Shown in pieces: positions 11,997 through 23,857 of a DNA stretch of 64,000 bases. This DNA is from Octopus bimaculoides. Taxonomy: Eukaryota. A program made the translations under genes and the position numbers. The stretch spans positions 20,147,863 through 20,211,862 of the forward strand of contig NC_068996.1 in assembly GCF_001194135.2 (NCBI RefSeq), in the 5' to 3' direction. Position 1 is the stretch's first letter. Every line of letters begins with the position of its first letter. The notes under the pieces were generated by a model. That model did not search any database, was not told where the DNA came from, and saw only the letters and a program-made list of their open reading frames with translations.

Positions 11997-12038
11997 TCTA
12001 CAGACTAGTTTTAGGGTATTGCCCCTTATCAATGTACA
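11997..12038 (-). ncRNA. Second, more degenerate hammerhead motif copy in the inverted arm
   Basis: Reverse complement reads TGTACA-TTGATAA-GGGG CAATA CCCT-AAAA-CTAG-TC-TGTAGA. Confidence 0.6.
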
Positions 12039-12495
12039 GCAGCCGAACCCAGAATGCGTCGCTACTGACCGTCTGTACGAAGGATTATTTACCTAAATTC
12101 AGTGGAATACATCCACTGGTTTTCAAAAATAGAAATATTAATATTTCTAAGTCACATAGCTAGCTAGAGGTGATGGCCTCTTTGAGCTAGTCAACGGCAG
12201 CAATCGTCCTATTTTTTGGACCGCCATGGTGGCTTGGCGATAACTACTAATATCCAGTACCGCTGCCGTTGATTAGCTCAAAGAGGCCATCACCTCTAGC
12301 TAGCTATGTGACATACGAGTCTGTGTCCATTGGTGATAATTATTAATATCCAGTACCGCTGCCGTAGTCTTCGTTAGAGAGACTTAGAAATATTAATATT
12401 TCTATTTTTAAAAACCAGTGGATGTATTCCACTGAATTTAGGTAAATAATCCTTCGTACAGACGGTCAGTAGCGACGCCTGCTGGGTTCGGCTGC

Positions 12496-12537
12496 TCTAC
12501 ATTGATAAGGGGCAATACCCCGAAACTAGTCTGTAGA
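12496..12537 (+). ncRNA. Minimal type I hammerhead ribozyme motif, degenerate core
   Basis: TCTACA (helix I) - TTGATAA (CUGANGA with 2 transitions) - GGGG CAATA CCCC (helix II) - GAAA - CTAG (palindromic helix III) - TC (GUC site) - TGTAGA (helix I'). Confidence 0.75.
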
Positions 12538-13328
12538 TGCCAGACCAGCAAGGGGAAGCGACTGACCATCCCTGTTCGAAGGTTATAATGCACACAGGTT
12601 GGTGTGTCACATAGCTAGTTAGAGGCGATGGCCTCTTGGAGCTAATCAATGGCAGCATTCGTCCTATTTTTGGACTGCCATGTCGAATTGGCGATAACTA
12701 TTGATATCCGGTACCGCTGCCGTAGTCTCCTTTAGAGAGACTTAGAAATATTAATATTTACATATATATGTCTGTGTGTGTGTGTGTGTGTGNNNNNNNN
12801 NNNNNNNNNNNNNNNNNNNNNNNNNNNNNNNNNNNNNNNNNNNNNNNNNNNNNNNNNNNNNNNNNNNNNNNNNNNNNNNNNNNNNNNNNNNNNNNNNNNN
12901 NNNNNNNNNNNNNNNNNNNNNNNNNNNNNNNNNNNNNNNNNNNNNNNNNNNNNNNNNNNNNNNNNNNNNNNNNNNNNNNNNNNNNNNNNNNNNNNNNNNN
13001 NNNNNNNNNNNNNNNNNNNNNNNNNNNNNNNNNNNNNNNNNNNNNNNNNNNNNNNNNNNNNNNNNNNNNNNNNNNNNNNNNNNNNNNNNNNNNNNNNNNN
13101 NNNNNNNNNNNNNNNNNNNNNNNNNNNNNNNNNNNNNNNNNNNNNNNNNNNNNNNNNNNNNNNNNNNNNNNNNNNNNNNNNNNNATTTTTAATAATTTGT
13201 TATGATCGTTATTTGTGTTTTTTCGTAATTTGTTCTGATGGAAACCATTCCTGAGGAAGTGCCAAACGTCAGACATCCAACGGATCAGTCGCTGGATAGG
13301 TTATACAAATTGAAAACCTTGAAAAAAA

Positions 13329-13440
<112 letters not shown>

Positions 13441-14049
13441 ATGTATGTATATGTATACTAATAACTTGATTGGGCAAACGAACTTATCTCATTAGGCTTG
13501 CAGGTACCGCATGAGAGAATTCCAAGGTGGCTTCTGGATACTAGGCTGCCATAGGTAAACGCAGATCACATAGTGCTATAATTATGGTAACGACATGAGA
13601 TTCAGTTCTGTGCGCAGTTTGAATTCCAACGACCACGTGCTGAGGCAGGGTGTTGGTGACAACTCTCGGTCTAGGAAGTGGGGTTTGGCTTCTGAGTAAT
13701 ATCAGCTCTTTGGTTTATGCATCCGTATTACCGGAAATGTGAGTGTATGTAACTGGCACATATCCTCGCCTATCTGCTGTGTGTATGCGTGTGTGAGCAT
13801 GCGTGTGTGAGCATGCGTGTGTGAGCATGCGTGTGTTTGTGTTTTGTGTGTTGGCGATACTAGTTCTTTGGTATAAATGCGTGTGTATGTATGTATAAGG
13901 AGCTACGACGATGCTGAGATCGTTGAGCCTCTCGGGTTATTTATCTTAGATACACTTAAGAAGACCCCCTTCTTTTTTGTCGACCTCGTACCGGGAAGAC
14001 GATCTGGCAATCTGAAGACATATGAACGTCCATGCAATGGACAATTTCA

Positions 14050-14980
14050 TTTATTATTATTATGACCGAGTTTCAACCAGTACTACAGAAACAAAATCCA
14101 CCCACCACACTTCTCGGTCCAACATTGCTACCTCTAGGTTCTGGATATATTCCAGGCCAGTGATTCGATCAGGTTGTCGATGCCAGTGTGACAACGTTTT
14201 CCTGTTTTTACATCACCATGAAGTGGCTTCCACAAAGACTAATTTAGATGCTTCCAATCAGGCGTAGCGCACGCAGACTTCTTTACCTGCTCTGGTTAAA
14301 TTTTGGCAGTCTCCATAAAGGATTTCGTTTGTCATATGTTGCTGTCATTTCACATTTAGGGCCATTGGTAGTAGCCATCTAGTCCGTTTCATTTTTTTCT
14401 TTTGTCAATGTTCATTTTTTGCTGCCATATAATAGCACTGATTCGACAGCTGTAATGAACAGGTTGATTTTGATTCGCTTGAACAATTTGGAGCTCCAAA
14501 CTTTCTTTAGTTTGTGACTGATTGACCATGCTTGTACCTTCTTGATCTTGAGATCTACTTCTGAACTGTTCACTCAATCATCTAAGTACTTGAAGCTTTC
14601 CACAACATTCAATTGGAACCTCTAAAAGCAAACAGTTCAGCATCACTTGATTGGTTGAAAGGCATGTATTCAGTTTTCCTTACATTTGTCTGCAGTTCAA
14701 TTTTGGCAGCTGATGTTTTTACTCTGCTGAGCAGCTGTTGTGCTTGACTTATTTCATTTGATATGAGTGCTATATCATCTGCGAAGTTCAGGGCTATAAT
14801 GATTACTGATGGTACTCTCCGCGATCTTCGCCGGTCAGTAGTTAAACCAAATTCTTCGTCACTGTTGTCTATAGCCTGCTGCATTGCAAAATCCAGTACA
14901 ATTACAAACAGGTAACGTGTAAGCATGTCTCCTTGTAGCATCCCAGCTAGTATTTGAAAGAATTAGCTTTCTCTGTAAGA
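14050..14980 (-). mobile_element. RTE-group LINE fragment (RT core to 3' end with short TAA tail)
   Basis: ORF 14609-14941: LQGDMLTRYLFVIVLDF...RRSRR...LNFADDIAL...KTEYM. Downstream minus-strand sequence decays through C-terminal motifs; ttattattattat at about 14050. Confidence 0.85.
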
Positions 14981-15094
14981 TGACAACACACGAGCTCGGG
15001 TCTTCTTGTAAGTCTTTGCAATGGCAAGAACTAGTTACTCTGGAATGCCATTTGCTCGACGGCTCTTCAACATGTGTCACTATTCAAGTTCAGG

Positions 15095-15285
15095 AAGGAT
15101 ATGATAAAGATATTCAAAGAATTCGGATTATCTGTAATAGTTACCGCCAATTTGACAAATTCGAAGAGAAAACTGTGTATAGCGATAGATATATCCATCA
15201 TCCTGCTGCAATTAGAAACTTAATTTCAGACCTCAGTAGAAGAATTTCTAGACTTTCAGCGGACAGAGAGCTTACCAACTGACAC
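15095..15285 (+). mobile_element. Short Penelope-like RT thumb fragment
   Basis: IKIFKEFGLSVIVTANL, then YIHHPAAIRNLISDLSRRISRLSADREL. Same region as in 4261-5005 but a different family. Confidence 0.6.
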
Positions 15286-16113
15286 CAACACATCGGCACA
15301 CATCATTTCACCAGTCTTAAATGGACAAACACCAGACGCGCACACAAACGCAAACACTAGAGTTATGCATATATACGCACCCCAGATATATGTACACACG
15401 CACGAGATGTGCACGAAACACGCGTTCGCATGTACACAAAGTGCATGTATACACCCGCGCTACATACACGCGTACGCATACGCAGACATAGACTCACATA
15501 TTCCTTCAATCAACAATACCTCTCAACAGAAAAATGAAGGGGCACATACCAAATGTACACGCAGACGCAATGGACATGCATACACACACAGCAAGCAGAT
15601 ACAAACACATGTATATCCGCACATACACATATACACAGCTGCTAGATATACTCACACACGCGCACACTTATGTGATACATAAATTCACATATCACATACA
15701 CAGATGCGTACATACGACAAGGAACTGATGACGCCAAGACACAAAGCACACATACGCATGCACACAAACGCACGCACACATACACAGCAGATATGCACTA
15801 ACAGATCGAGTATATACGTACACACACACAACAAACTGATGTCGCTAACAAACCAAACCTCACTTCTTAGAGAGTCAACCCCGACAATAGTTTGACAAAC
15901 CTACGTAGCTTTGATTTGCTTGGAGCCAAATTGAACTCTATTAATTACATAACTCGTATGAAATGTGTTGAGTGCCTCTTTCTATCATTTGTTCACTGAT
16001 GTGATATATAAGTGTGTGTATGTATGTATATCTATCTATCTACCTATCTGTTTATTTATCTATGTTTGTGCATGAATATGTATATATATGTGTGTGTATA
16101 TCTATCTATCTGT

Positions 16114-16490
16114 GGAGGCGCAATGGCCCAGTGGTTAGGGCAGCGGACTCGCGGTCGTAGGATCGCGGTTTCGATTCCTAGACCGGGCATTGTGAGTGTT
16201 TATTGAGCGAAAACACCTGAAGCTCCACGAGGCTCTGGCAGGGGTGGTGGTGATCCCTGCTGTATTCTTTCACCACAAATTTCTCTCACTCTTTGTTTCT
16301 GTTGTGCCTGTATTTCAAAGGGCCAGCCTTGTCACACTCTGTGTCATGCTGAATCTCCCCCGAGAACTACGTTAAAGGTACACGTGTCTGTGGAGTGATC
16401 AGCCACTTGCACGTTAATTTCACGAGCAGGCTGTTCCGTTGATCGGATCAACTGGAACCTTCGTCGTCGTAACCGACGGAGTGCCAACAA
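16114..16490 (+). mobile_element. tRNA-derived SINE family B
   Basis: A box TGGCCCAGTGG and B-box-like GGTTTCGATTCC; the 3' module is shared with 47221-47541. Confidence 0.87.
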
Positions 16491-16502
16491 TCTATCTATA
16501 TA

Positions 16503-17815
16503 GAGGGAGGAAAAGAAATTATCCAGAAATAGTTTAATATTTATACATATTATAAACTTAAATACTAACTGATCAGATGGTATTAGTGAATATTGATCAA
16601 TTGGTATATACTGGTATTTAATAAAGGAGTACTGAGGTAAAAGAACATGCTAACTATATATTAATTTAATTATAATCTAAGCAGTTTATTTTAAGTAGTG
16701 AATATACCAGCATTGTTATATATAAGCTAAGTATGAATTTATAGAGGTACAAAAATTTAGATTTATTTGACAAATAAATAAATAAAAGCTATTATAAAAT
16801 AATAAAGAAATGAAATAATCAGGTAGGGCAGAACATCATAGAAAAGGAATAAAATAGCTTAATTACTAATACTATAGTAAAGTATATGTAGCTTATTAAT
16901 CACAATAGAGACTATTTATAGAAAATGTATAATAATTCAAAATATACTAAACTAAAAATTATATATTTGCTTAATTAGCTAGTATCAATAAAGACTGATA
17001 TCTGGTATTAACTAAGGGAATATATATGTTATGAGACATTCTAACTTTACACTAAATTTTTAAAACTAAGGGCTATATTATAGGTTTTAGAAGTTATTAT
17101 TGTTACTCCATACATGATATTTATAGTTTCTTAGGGCTATTTAATTAGAAGGGCTACTTATAACTACTAAGATCAGGAGGGTAGAATACTTTAAGAAAGG
17201 GATAAAGATCATTTCAAACAATATTGCCATATTGTATAAAGTTAAAATTTAGGGTAGTCAGGAAGATCATTCAGAATGAAATTTTAACAAAAGGATTAAA
17301 CTTCTATGAATACTTTTGAGTAAATATGTTACCACAATAGAGGGAGAAAAGAAAATTGTAAAGAAAATAGTTTAATATTTATTTACTTATTATTTATCTA
17401 AATATTAACTTATTAGTGGGTAACTATGGAGATTGATCAATTGGAATTTAACTGGTATTTAATGAAGGAGCACAGAGGCTAAAGAACATGTTAACTATAT
17501 ATTGATTTAATTAAATTGAATTATTTTAAGTTGTAGAGATACCGGTATTGCTTTATATAAGCTAAGTATGATTTAATAGGGGTACAAAGATTAGAAGGCT
17601 ATTATAAAATAATAAAATGATCAGGTAGGGTAGTGTACCATAGAAAAGGAATAAAGATAACCTAATTATTAAAACCATTACAAAGTATATATACCTAATT
17701 AACTTCAATAGAGACGATTTATAGAAAATTTATAATAATTTAAGTATTGTGAACTAAAAATTGTTTATTAACTTATTTAGTTTAATACAATCAAGACTGA
17801 TACCCGGTATTGGTC
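16503..17815. repeat. Diverged AT-rich tandem duplication, period about 837 bp
   Basis: 16503-about 17010 aligns colinearly with 17340-17815 (anchors gaggga, atagtttaatattta, attgatcaattgg, aaagaacatg, tatataagctaagtatga, catagaaaaggaataaa, caatagagac, aagactgata). Confidence 0.8.
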
Positions 17816-17837
17816 ATATATATTGGTCATATATATG

Positions 17838-17930
<93 letters not shown>

Positions 17931-17933
<3 letters not shown>

Positions 17934-18119
17934 TCCCCCTAGCATTGCTTGACAACCGATGCTGGTGTGTTTATGTCCCCGTAACTTAGCGGTTCGGCAA
18001 AAGAGACCGATAGAATAAGTACTAGGCTTACGAATAATAAGTCCCGGGGTCGGTTTGCTCGACTAAAGGCGGTGCTCCAGCATGGCCGCAGTCAAATGAC
18101 TGAAACAAGTAAAAAAAAA
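17931..18119 (+). mobile_element. SINE family A, 3' half following a (GT)n tract
   Basis: Matches the reverse complement of 8907-9110. Confidence 0.88.
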
Positions 18120-18120
18120 C

Positions 18121-19600
18121 ATGCAGAAGAAACAAGAAGGTACAACTTTGACGGAACGAGGGCATCATACTGAAAGGGTCGGGTAGGTGGCCATTCACTC
18201 CAGACGTCGTTGTACATTTCATTGATACAGCTGTAGAAGGTAGAAGCAAAACCGGTTAAGGACAGCCATCAAGTATGAATATGATCCTTCTTATCCGGGT
18301 CCTTTTGAAGCAATGCTCCCGCTCTTCGACACATAGAACTAGTAACTCTTCCATTTTGCATTCTAATGTGTTTTACCGAACAAGTAAAACACAACGATAA
18401 AGCATGCAAGCTAGGCCACTCAAAACAAGCAATTTGCTTCCAAGACATCTCCTGTTGTATTTCTATGGCGGTTTTCGGCTTTTCACAACACACTTCCTTC
18501 GTTGGCGAACGTCGTGTTGGGCCATCACGATAGACCCCGCGTACTAGCTCGCCTAGATGTCCCGATAAGTAGAGAAAAGTATCACTGAAAAGCCTTATAT
18601 ATATCTACTTGGGATTAAAGACCAGAATATATCTTTGTTACCATGTAGCACCTCTGCCATCCGGGTTTATCAAAAAGATTTCGTTCGTTTGAATTTTAAA
18701 GCGGCTGCTTTAACGCTAACAACGCATACTTCGTGTGCTTTGTGTTGAACAAGTGGTCGAGGCAGTCTAGCCACAAGCATTTCTCTGTGTTGCCTCTCCT
18801 AAGTGCTTCATCTAAGCTTCTAATTAGATACCCCTCTATTCTAATTTTCACTATCGCTCCGACCCAGCTAAACTTTATTGATTCTACTCTAATCACGTTT
18901 TCCAAGTTGAATCCCACTTTGTTATTGATGATTACTTCCGTCAAGACCCAGTTGACAAATTTGCTAATCCGGTCTCTGTGAATTTGGCACAGCTTCCAGT
19001 GGCTGGATCCTAGCCGACGAAACCTATCTAGATCGACCGTACATACCACAAATTTTTTTCCTGTTTCTTTAGCCGACGATTTTAAAATGTGGACAGCTTA
19101 TGCTATTCCTATTTGCTAGTTTACGAACTATAGGTACGAACTAGAAGACTCAATGCAGTTTGTCTGTGTCCATAAAAGTACTTTCGGGTAATTTAGTCGG
19201 TACATCTTAGACATTTGGAAATGTTTGAGCAGGACAAGGCTTTTCCAATTCCTTTTTATGGTCAACATCCAAGATTGCGATCCAATCGCCTGTTAGCCTC
19301 AGAGATCGGAATGTTCCCAGAAAAACCACAATTCGTCCAAAGAAATATGACGCCCAAGACCTTTGTTGGAGCGTTGACAATACTAGTGTGAAGTTATGCC
19401 CTCCCAGTCTCGGTCGACTTAGAGAAGTGTACACTTCATAGCCACCGAAATTGAGTCGTGAATCTCGCACCTCGGGAATTCTAGTCATGCTGATGGCAAC
19501 CCAGTTTATATCCAGACATCTGAGGTTGTTAAACAGGTGACCCTGCTTTCAAGGCGACCCCAAGCCATGTGCTTTTTATACGGCTTATTCTGATAAACGT
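18121..19600 (-). mobile_element. Decayed L1/Tx1-clade LINE ORF2 (endonuclease to RT)
   Basis: Minus strand, in order: KQGHLFNNLRCLDINWVAIS, FLGTFRSLRLTGDWIAILD (APE GDWNA motif), GSSHWKL, RSLDEALRRGN, LLQKDPDKKD, SGVNGHLPDPFSMMPSFRQSC (VRQGCP-like). Confidence 0.75.
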
Positions 19601-19829
19601 CATATTAGGTAAAATGAAGAAAGTGATTTCTCCTACCTCCTAGTTGTGAGTGTTACCACGAGTAAGCTTTGTATAGTCTTTTGTAATTATTCCTTAGGAA
19701 ATCTATTCCGTCGGGCTATGTTTGTAAAAAGGTTCTGTCTATTTTGTTCTGTATGGATGTATTGGTATGCTTTTTGTTGTTGTCATGTAGTGTTTTTCGA
19801 AGTAATGTTTGTATCTTGGTGTATGTCTT

Positions 19830-20140
19830 TTACCTTTTGCTTCTTTCAGTCATTAAACTCAGGCCATAGTGGGACACCGCCTTGAAGAATTTTTAGTCCA
19901 ATGAATCGACTCCGGTACTTATTTTTATTTAGCCTGGTAATTCTTCTACCCGACTATTTTGCCGAACCGCTAAGTTACAGTGATGTAAGCATACCAACAT
20001 CAGTTACCAATCGGTGGTGGAGGACAACCACACATACAATCTCTTGCACACACACACACACACACATACACACACACACATATATATACCACGGTCTTTC
20101 AATTGCCATATACCAAATCCATTCACAAGTCTTTGGTCGT
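19830..20140 (-). mobile_element. SINE family A, degenerate copy
   Basis: Contains cagtcatt, gccgaaccgctaagttac and ccaaatccattcacaag. Confidence 0.75.
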
Positions 20141-22026
20141 GTTCTGTGTGAAGAGCAGCAAATGCCCCAACGAGTCCTTAAAGTTCTAGTCAGCTTAATA
20201 ACAAGATAAAACAAAAAATCAACAAATTGAAATATCGAATTGAAAACTAGACAGAAATTCAAAGACCCTTGACATCAAGTTGAACAACCGCAAAGAACAA
20301 CACCCTCACCACGAACAGCAATAACAGCAGCAACAACATGAACAACCACAACAACAATAATACTAATATCCTTACACCTAATTATAAATCTCTTATTCTC
20401 TCGTGTAGCTGTTACAAAGTAGATATTACAAAACGAAATGAAAAATAAAAATAAGCCCAGGAAGTTAATAAATATAATATTAACTTCTGTCAGTAAACAA
20501 ATTTATAGTCATATCAATTTCATATACTATACTTTATCTTATATAGATAATATCAATTATGAAACATCCCTAATAGATAAGATGCAATATAATGAGCAAG
20601 GAGTATAATATAAAATTAATGATAGAAATCATTGACAACATTCATTAAGGGTAAATTATGGTAGGCTAAACTTAGAAAACTAAAGAGTTCTCGTCGAGTG
20701 CGAGGACTAAATGTACCCGCCCGTTGCTTTGCATAAAAATAATTTAAACTATACACTGTAAGTTTATAAAAGTTTTAGTTATCCATTATTATAGCTCGTA
20801 AAACGACGAAGTGGTACAGTTAAACAGCTGTACTCATTCACGCATGCTATATCTGAGCAGTTTGGAGAAAAGTGTTTTTGTTCCTGAATGCAAAGAAGTA
20901 CCATTATCATGGTGCGAACAATGAACACTGCCATGAAGTAGTCATATGCATTAATGACTCGGCCAGAATTTTCAATTTATAATTATAATAAAAAAAATAG
21001 AAGTTTTATCAGGTCAGGATACGACTGATGTAGTTAATTTCAAAAACATTTATATTAGAAAGAAACAAGCAAAGCGAAATTCGAGTAAAAAAAGGAAACT
21101 GTAATGAATTCATAGCTAGAATTTATTAAATCCAAATGAAAAACTTACATTTATTACTTACAAAGGAAATAAAAGTATGGAAAAATGTTGCAAATCAAAA
21201 GCCAGATTCTCAAAATTATTTTCTCGGAAGAACAATAATTGCGTAAAAAAAGTAATATTGCTAAGAATAAGAATATTGTGCTAAGAATATTTTACACGCA
21301 TACACACACGGATACATACAGATACACACACACATATGAACGTATATGTATATATATATATATACACACTCAGGTATTTATAAATATGTTTATATATATA
21401 TGCATATGTATTTACAACTATATACNNNNNNNNNNATATATTGTTGTATGTATATATGTGTGTATGTGTGCGTGAGTGTAGTATGTATATATACATATAC
21501 TCATATACATATATATTTATATAAAGTTATACATATACATATATATCATTTGTATGTAGGTTTAGAATTTGGATAATTCTTCGAAACGGATTGAAATGTT
21601 ATTAAATAAAAAAAATAATAATAATGATAATGTTTGGATCCACCATCTTCAGAGAAAGACAAACACTTTTGTCAAATAGAAATTTGTAAAAATACAAATC
21701 ATATTTCGACATGCTGGAGAAGAAAACTCTCTGTAGAAACAGTGGAAAAAATCTCAAAGTAATTGCTTTTTCTCAAAAATTAATATATTACCCCGGCAAT
21801 AACAAGTTACTTCAAAGCGTGTTTTTACGTTGTATATTTACTTACTCACATAATATAATATGATTTAAATGTGTATATAATGTACAAATACACACACACA
21901 TATTATATAATTAAATATCTGATAACACATACATACATACATACATACATACATACATACATACATACATACATACATACATACATANNNNNNNNNNNNN
22001 NNNNNNNNNNNNNNNNNNNNNNNNNN

Positions 22027-22082
<56 letters not shown>

Positions 22083-22707
22083 GTGTGTGTGTGTATATAT
22101 ATATGTATAGTTTTTAACGTTATATATGTGGTGTGGATGAATTTCCAATACACAATGTGTGTAGTAGAGAGCAGTTTACATATAAAATAATGTAGTCCGT
22201 TAGTGATAGTACATCGCAGCTTACAGTTTCGTGTTTATCATATGCACAGCAATCACCGTCTAACGAATGCATGGCATAAACTAAATATACGATGCATCCT
22301 CACTAACAGCTTATATGGAATCACATAAAGCACACAGACATTCAGACACATATACAAGAATTTATGAACGTTGGAAGGTATAATAGACATATGCTGTCCA
22401 CTTGCCTCAGCCTCACAGCTCTCTTTCATTTATCTCCCCAAATTCTCTTTCTCTCTCTATGTACATATATATATACACTTTATTTGTGCATTAAGGCGAC
22501 CATTGTTTTCATGTTAAGGAATACCTCAAACTTTTTCAACCCTATCATAGGGAAACGCGTTCGTCTCCAAAATGTGATAGACTTGATAATTGTTGAGGTT
22601 TTCCTTAATATGAAACCAATGGTAACCTTAATGAACAAATAAAGAATTTTTATCCACCAATGCGGTGTTGAGCACGTTTTCTCATTGTTCGATACTTTAT
22701 ACATAAA

Positions 22708-22954
22708 GGAGGCGCGTGGCTTAGTGGTTAGGGTGTCAGCATCATGATCGTAAGATTGTAGTTTCGATTCTTGAACCAGGCGACGCGTTGTGTTCTTGAG
22801 AAAAACACTTCATTTCACGTTGCTCCAGTTCACTCAGCTGGCAAAAATGAGTAACGCTGCGATGGACTGGGGTCCCGTCCAGCTGGGGAACACATACGCC
22901 ATTGAAACCGGGAAACCGGGCCCATGAGCCTGGCTAGGCTTTAAAAGGGCGCAT
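22708..22954 (+). mobile_element. tRNA-derived SINE with CORE-like middle and V-domain-like 3' part
   Basis: A box TGGCTTAGTGG, B-box-like GTTTCGATTCT, then ttcttgagaaaaacacttcatttcacgttgctccag and ctgcgatggactggggtcccgtccag. Confidence 0.8.
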
Positions 22955-22955
22955 T

Positions 22956-23012
<57 letters not shown>

Positions 23013-23014
23013 GC

Positions 23015-23400
23015 TTTACTCTTTTACTTGTTTCAGTCATTTGACTGCGGCCATCTGAAGCACCGCCTTTAGTCGAGCAAATCGACCCCAGGACTTATTC
23101 TTTGTAAGCCTAGTACTTATTCTATCGGTCTCTTTTGCCAAACCGCTAAGTTACGGGGATGTAAACACACCAGCATCGGTTGTCAAGCGATGTTGGGGGG
23201 ACACAGACACACAAGCATAAATATATATACATATATACGACGGGCTTCTTTCAATTTCCGTCTACCAAATCCACTCACAAGGCTTTGGTCGGTCCGAGGC
23301 TATAGTAGAAGACACTTGCCCAAGGTGCCACGCATTTGGACTGAACCCGGAACCGTGTGGTTTGTAAGCAAGCTACTTACCACACAGCCACTCCTGCGCC
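23015..23400 (-). mobile_element. SINE family A, full-length copy (partial 3' copy follows at about 23415-23530)
   Basis: Colinear with 8907-9320. Confidence 0.9.
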
Positions 23401-23809
23401 TATATATATATTCTTTTATTCTGTTACTTGTTTCAGTCGAGCATACCATGCCTTTATTCTAACAAATCGAGCCCAAGACTTATTCTTTGTAAGCCTAGTA
23501 CTTATTCTATCGGTTCATTTGCCAAACCAATAGTCATTATAGGTTCGTTATTGATAGGTCTACTCAATCGGCTTGTTGATCGGTTGAGAAAAGTTGATTG
23601 ATCAAGAAAATTAATGCTACTTTCGTTAGCATCATTTCTGGGTATAACCAAGCAGAACATTATTCACAAAATGAGCCCCCCCCCCCCGCCATCAATTTTG
23701 GTGTATCAATGCAACTCTGGATTTTGATTATGATCAACCAATTACTTTATCTCGTAAATTAAAGAATCTGATGTTATTTGGAATTAAGATGGGAAATTTG
23801 GGTAATTTT

Positions 23810-23857
23810 AGCCAATCAACAGACAGCGTGACATTAGGAGCTTGTTACCATGACAAC
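23810..23857. promoter_or_regulatory. CCAAT box (23810-23818) and RFX X-box-like motif GTTACCATGACAAC (23844-23857)
   Basis: Motif match only; no linked gene seen. Confidence 0.25.

Larger units (their letters stand above)
11924..12759. mobile_element. Non-coding tandem/inverted repeat element with a 358-nt unit and hammerhead motifs (retrozyme-like or PLE pLTR)
   Basis: 11924-12153 is the reverse complement of 12381-12610. The string gacttagaaatattaatattt recurs at 12381 and 12739. TA microsatellite flanks both sides. Confidence 0.8.

Noticed and set aside
13231-13275. Hammerhead-like string CTGATGG...TTCC TGA GGAA..CCAAACGTCAGACA
   Set aside because: The core has several mismatches, the G of GAAA is missing and helix I is only partial; too weak without a family consensus.
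16114-16190. tRNA-like sequence (also at 22708, 47221, 47543)
   Set aside because: A/B boxes are present, but each continues into SINE body sequence or decays and lacks a proper cloverleaf; these are SINE heads, not tRNA genes.
19207-19488. First read as a CR1-type C-terminus (GHNFTL..YFF.RIV)
   Set aside because: GDWIAILD and the ordered upstream and downstream motifs fit an L1/Tx1 endonuclease domain better.
21628-21660. Minus-strand CTGAAGA-TGGTGGATCC-AAAC motif
   Set aside because: No GAAA and no convincing helix I or cleavage triplet.
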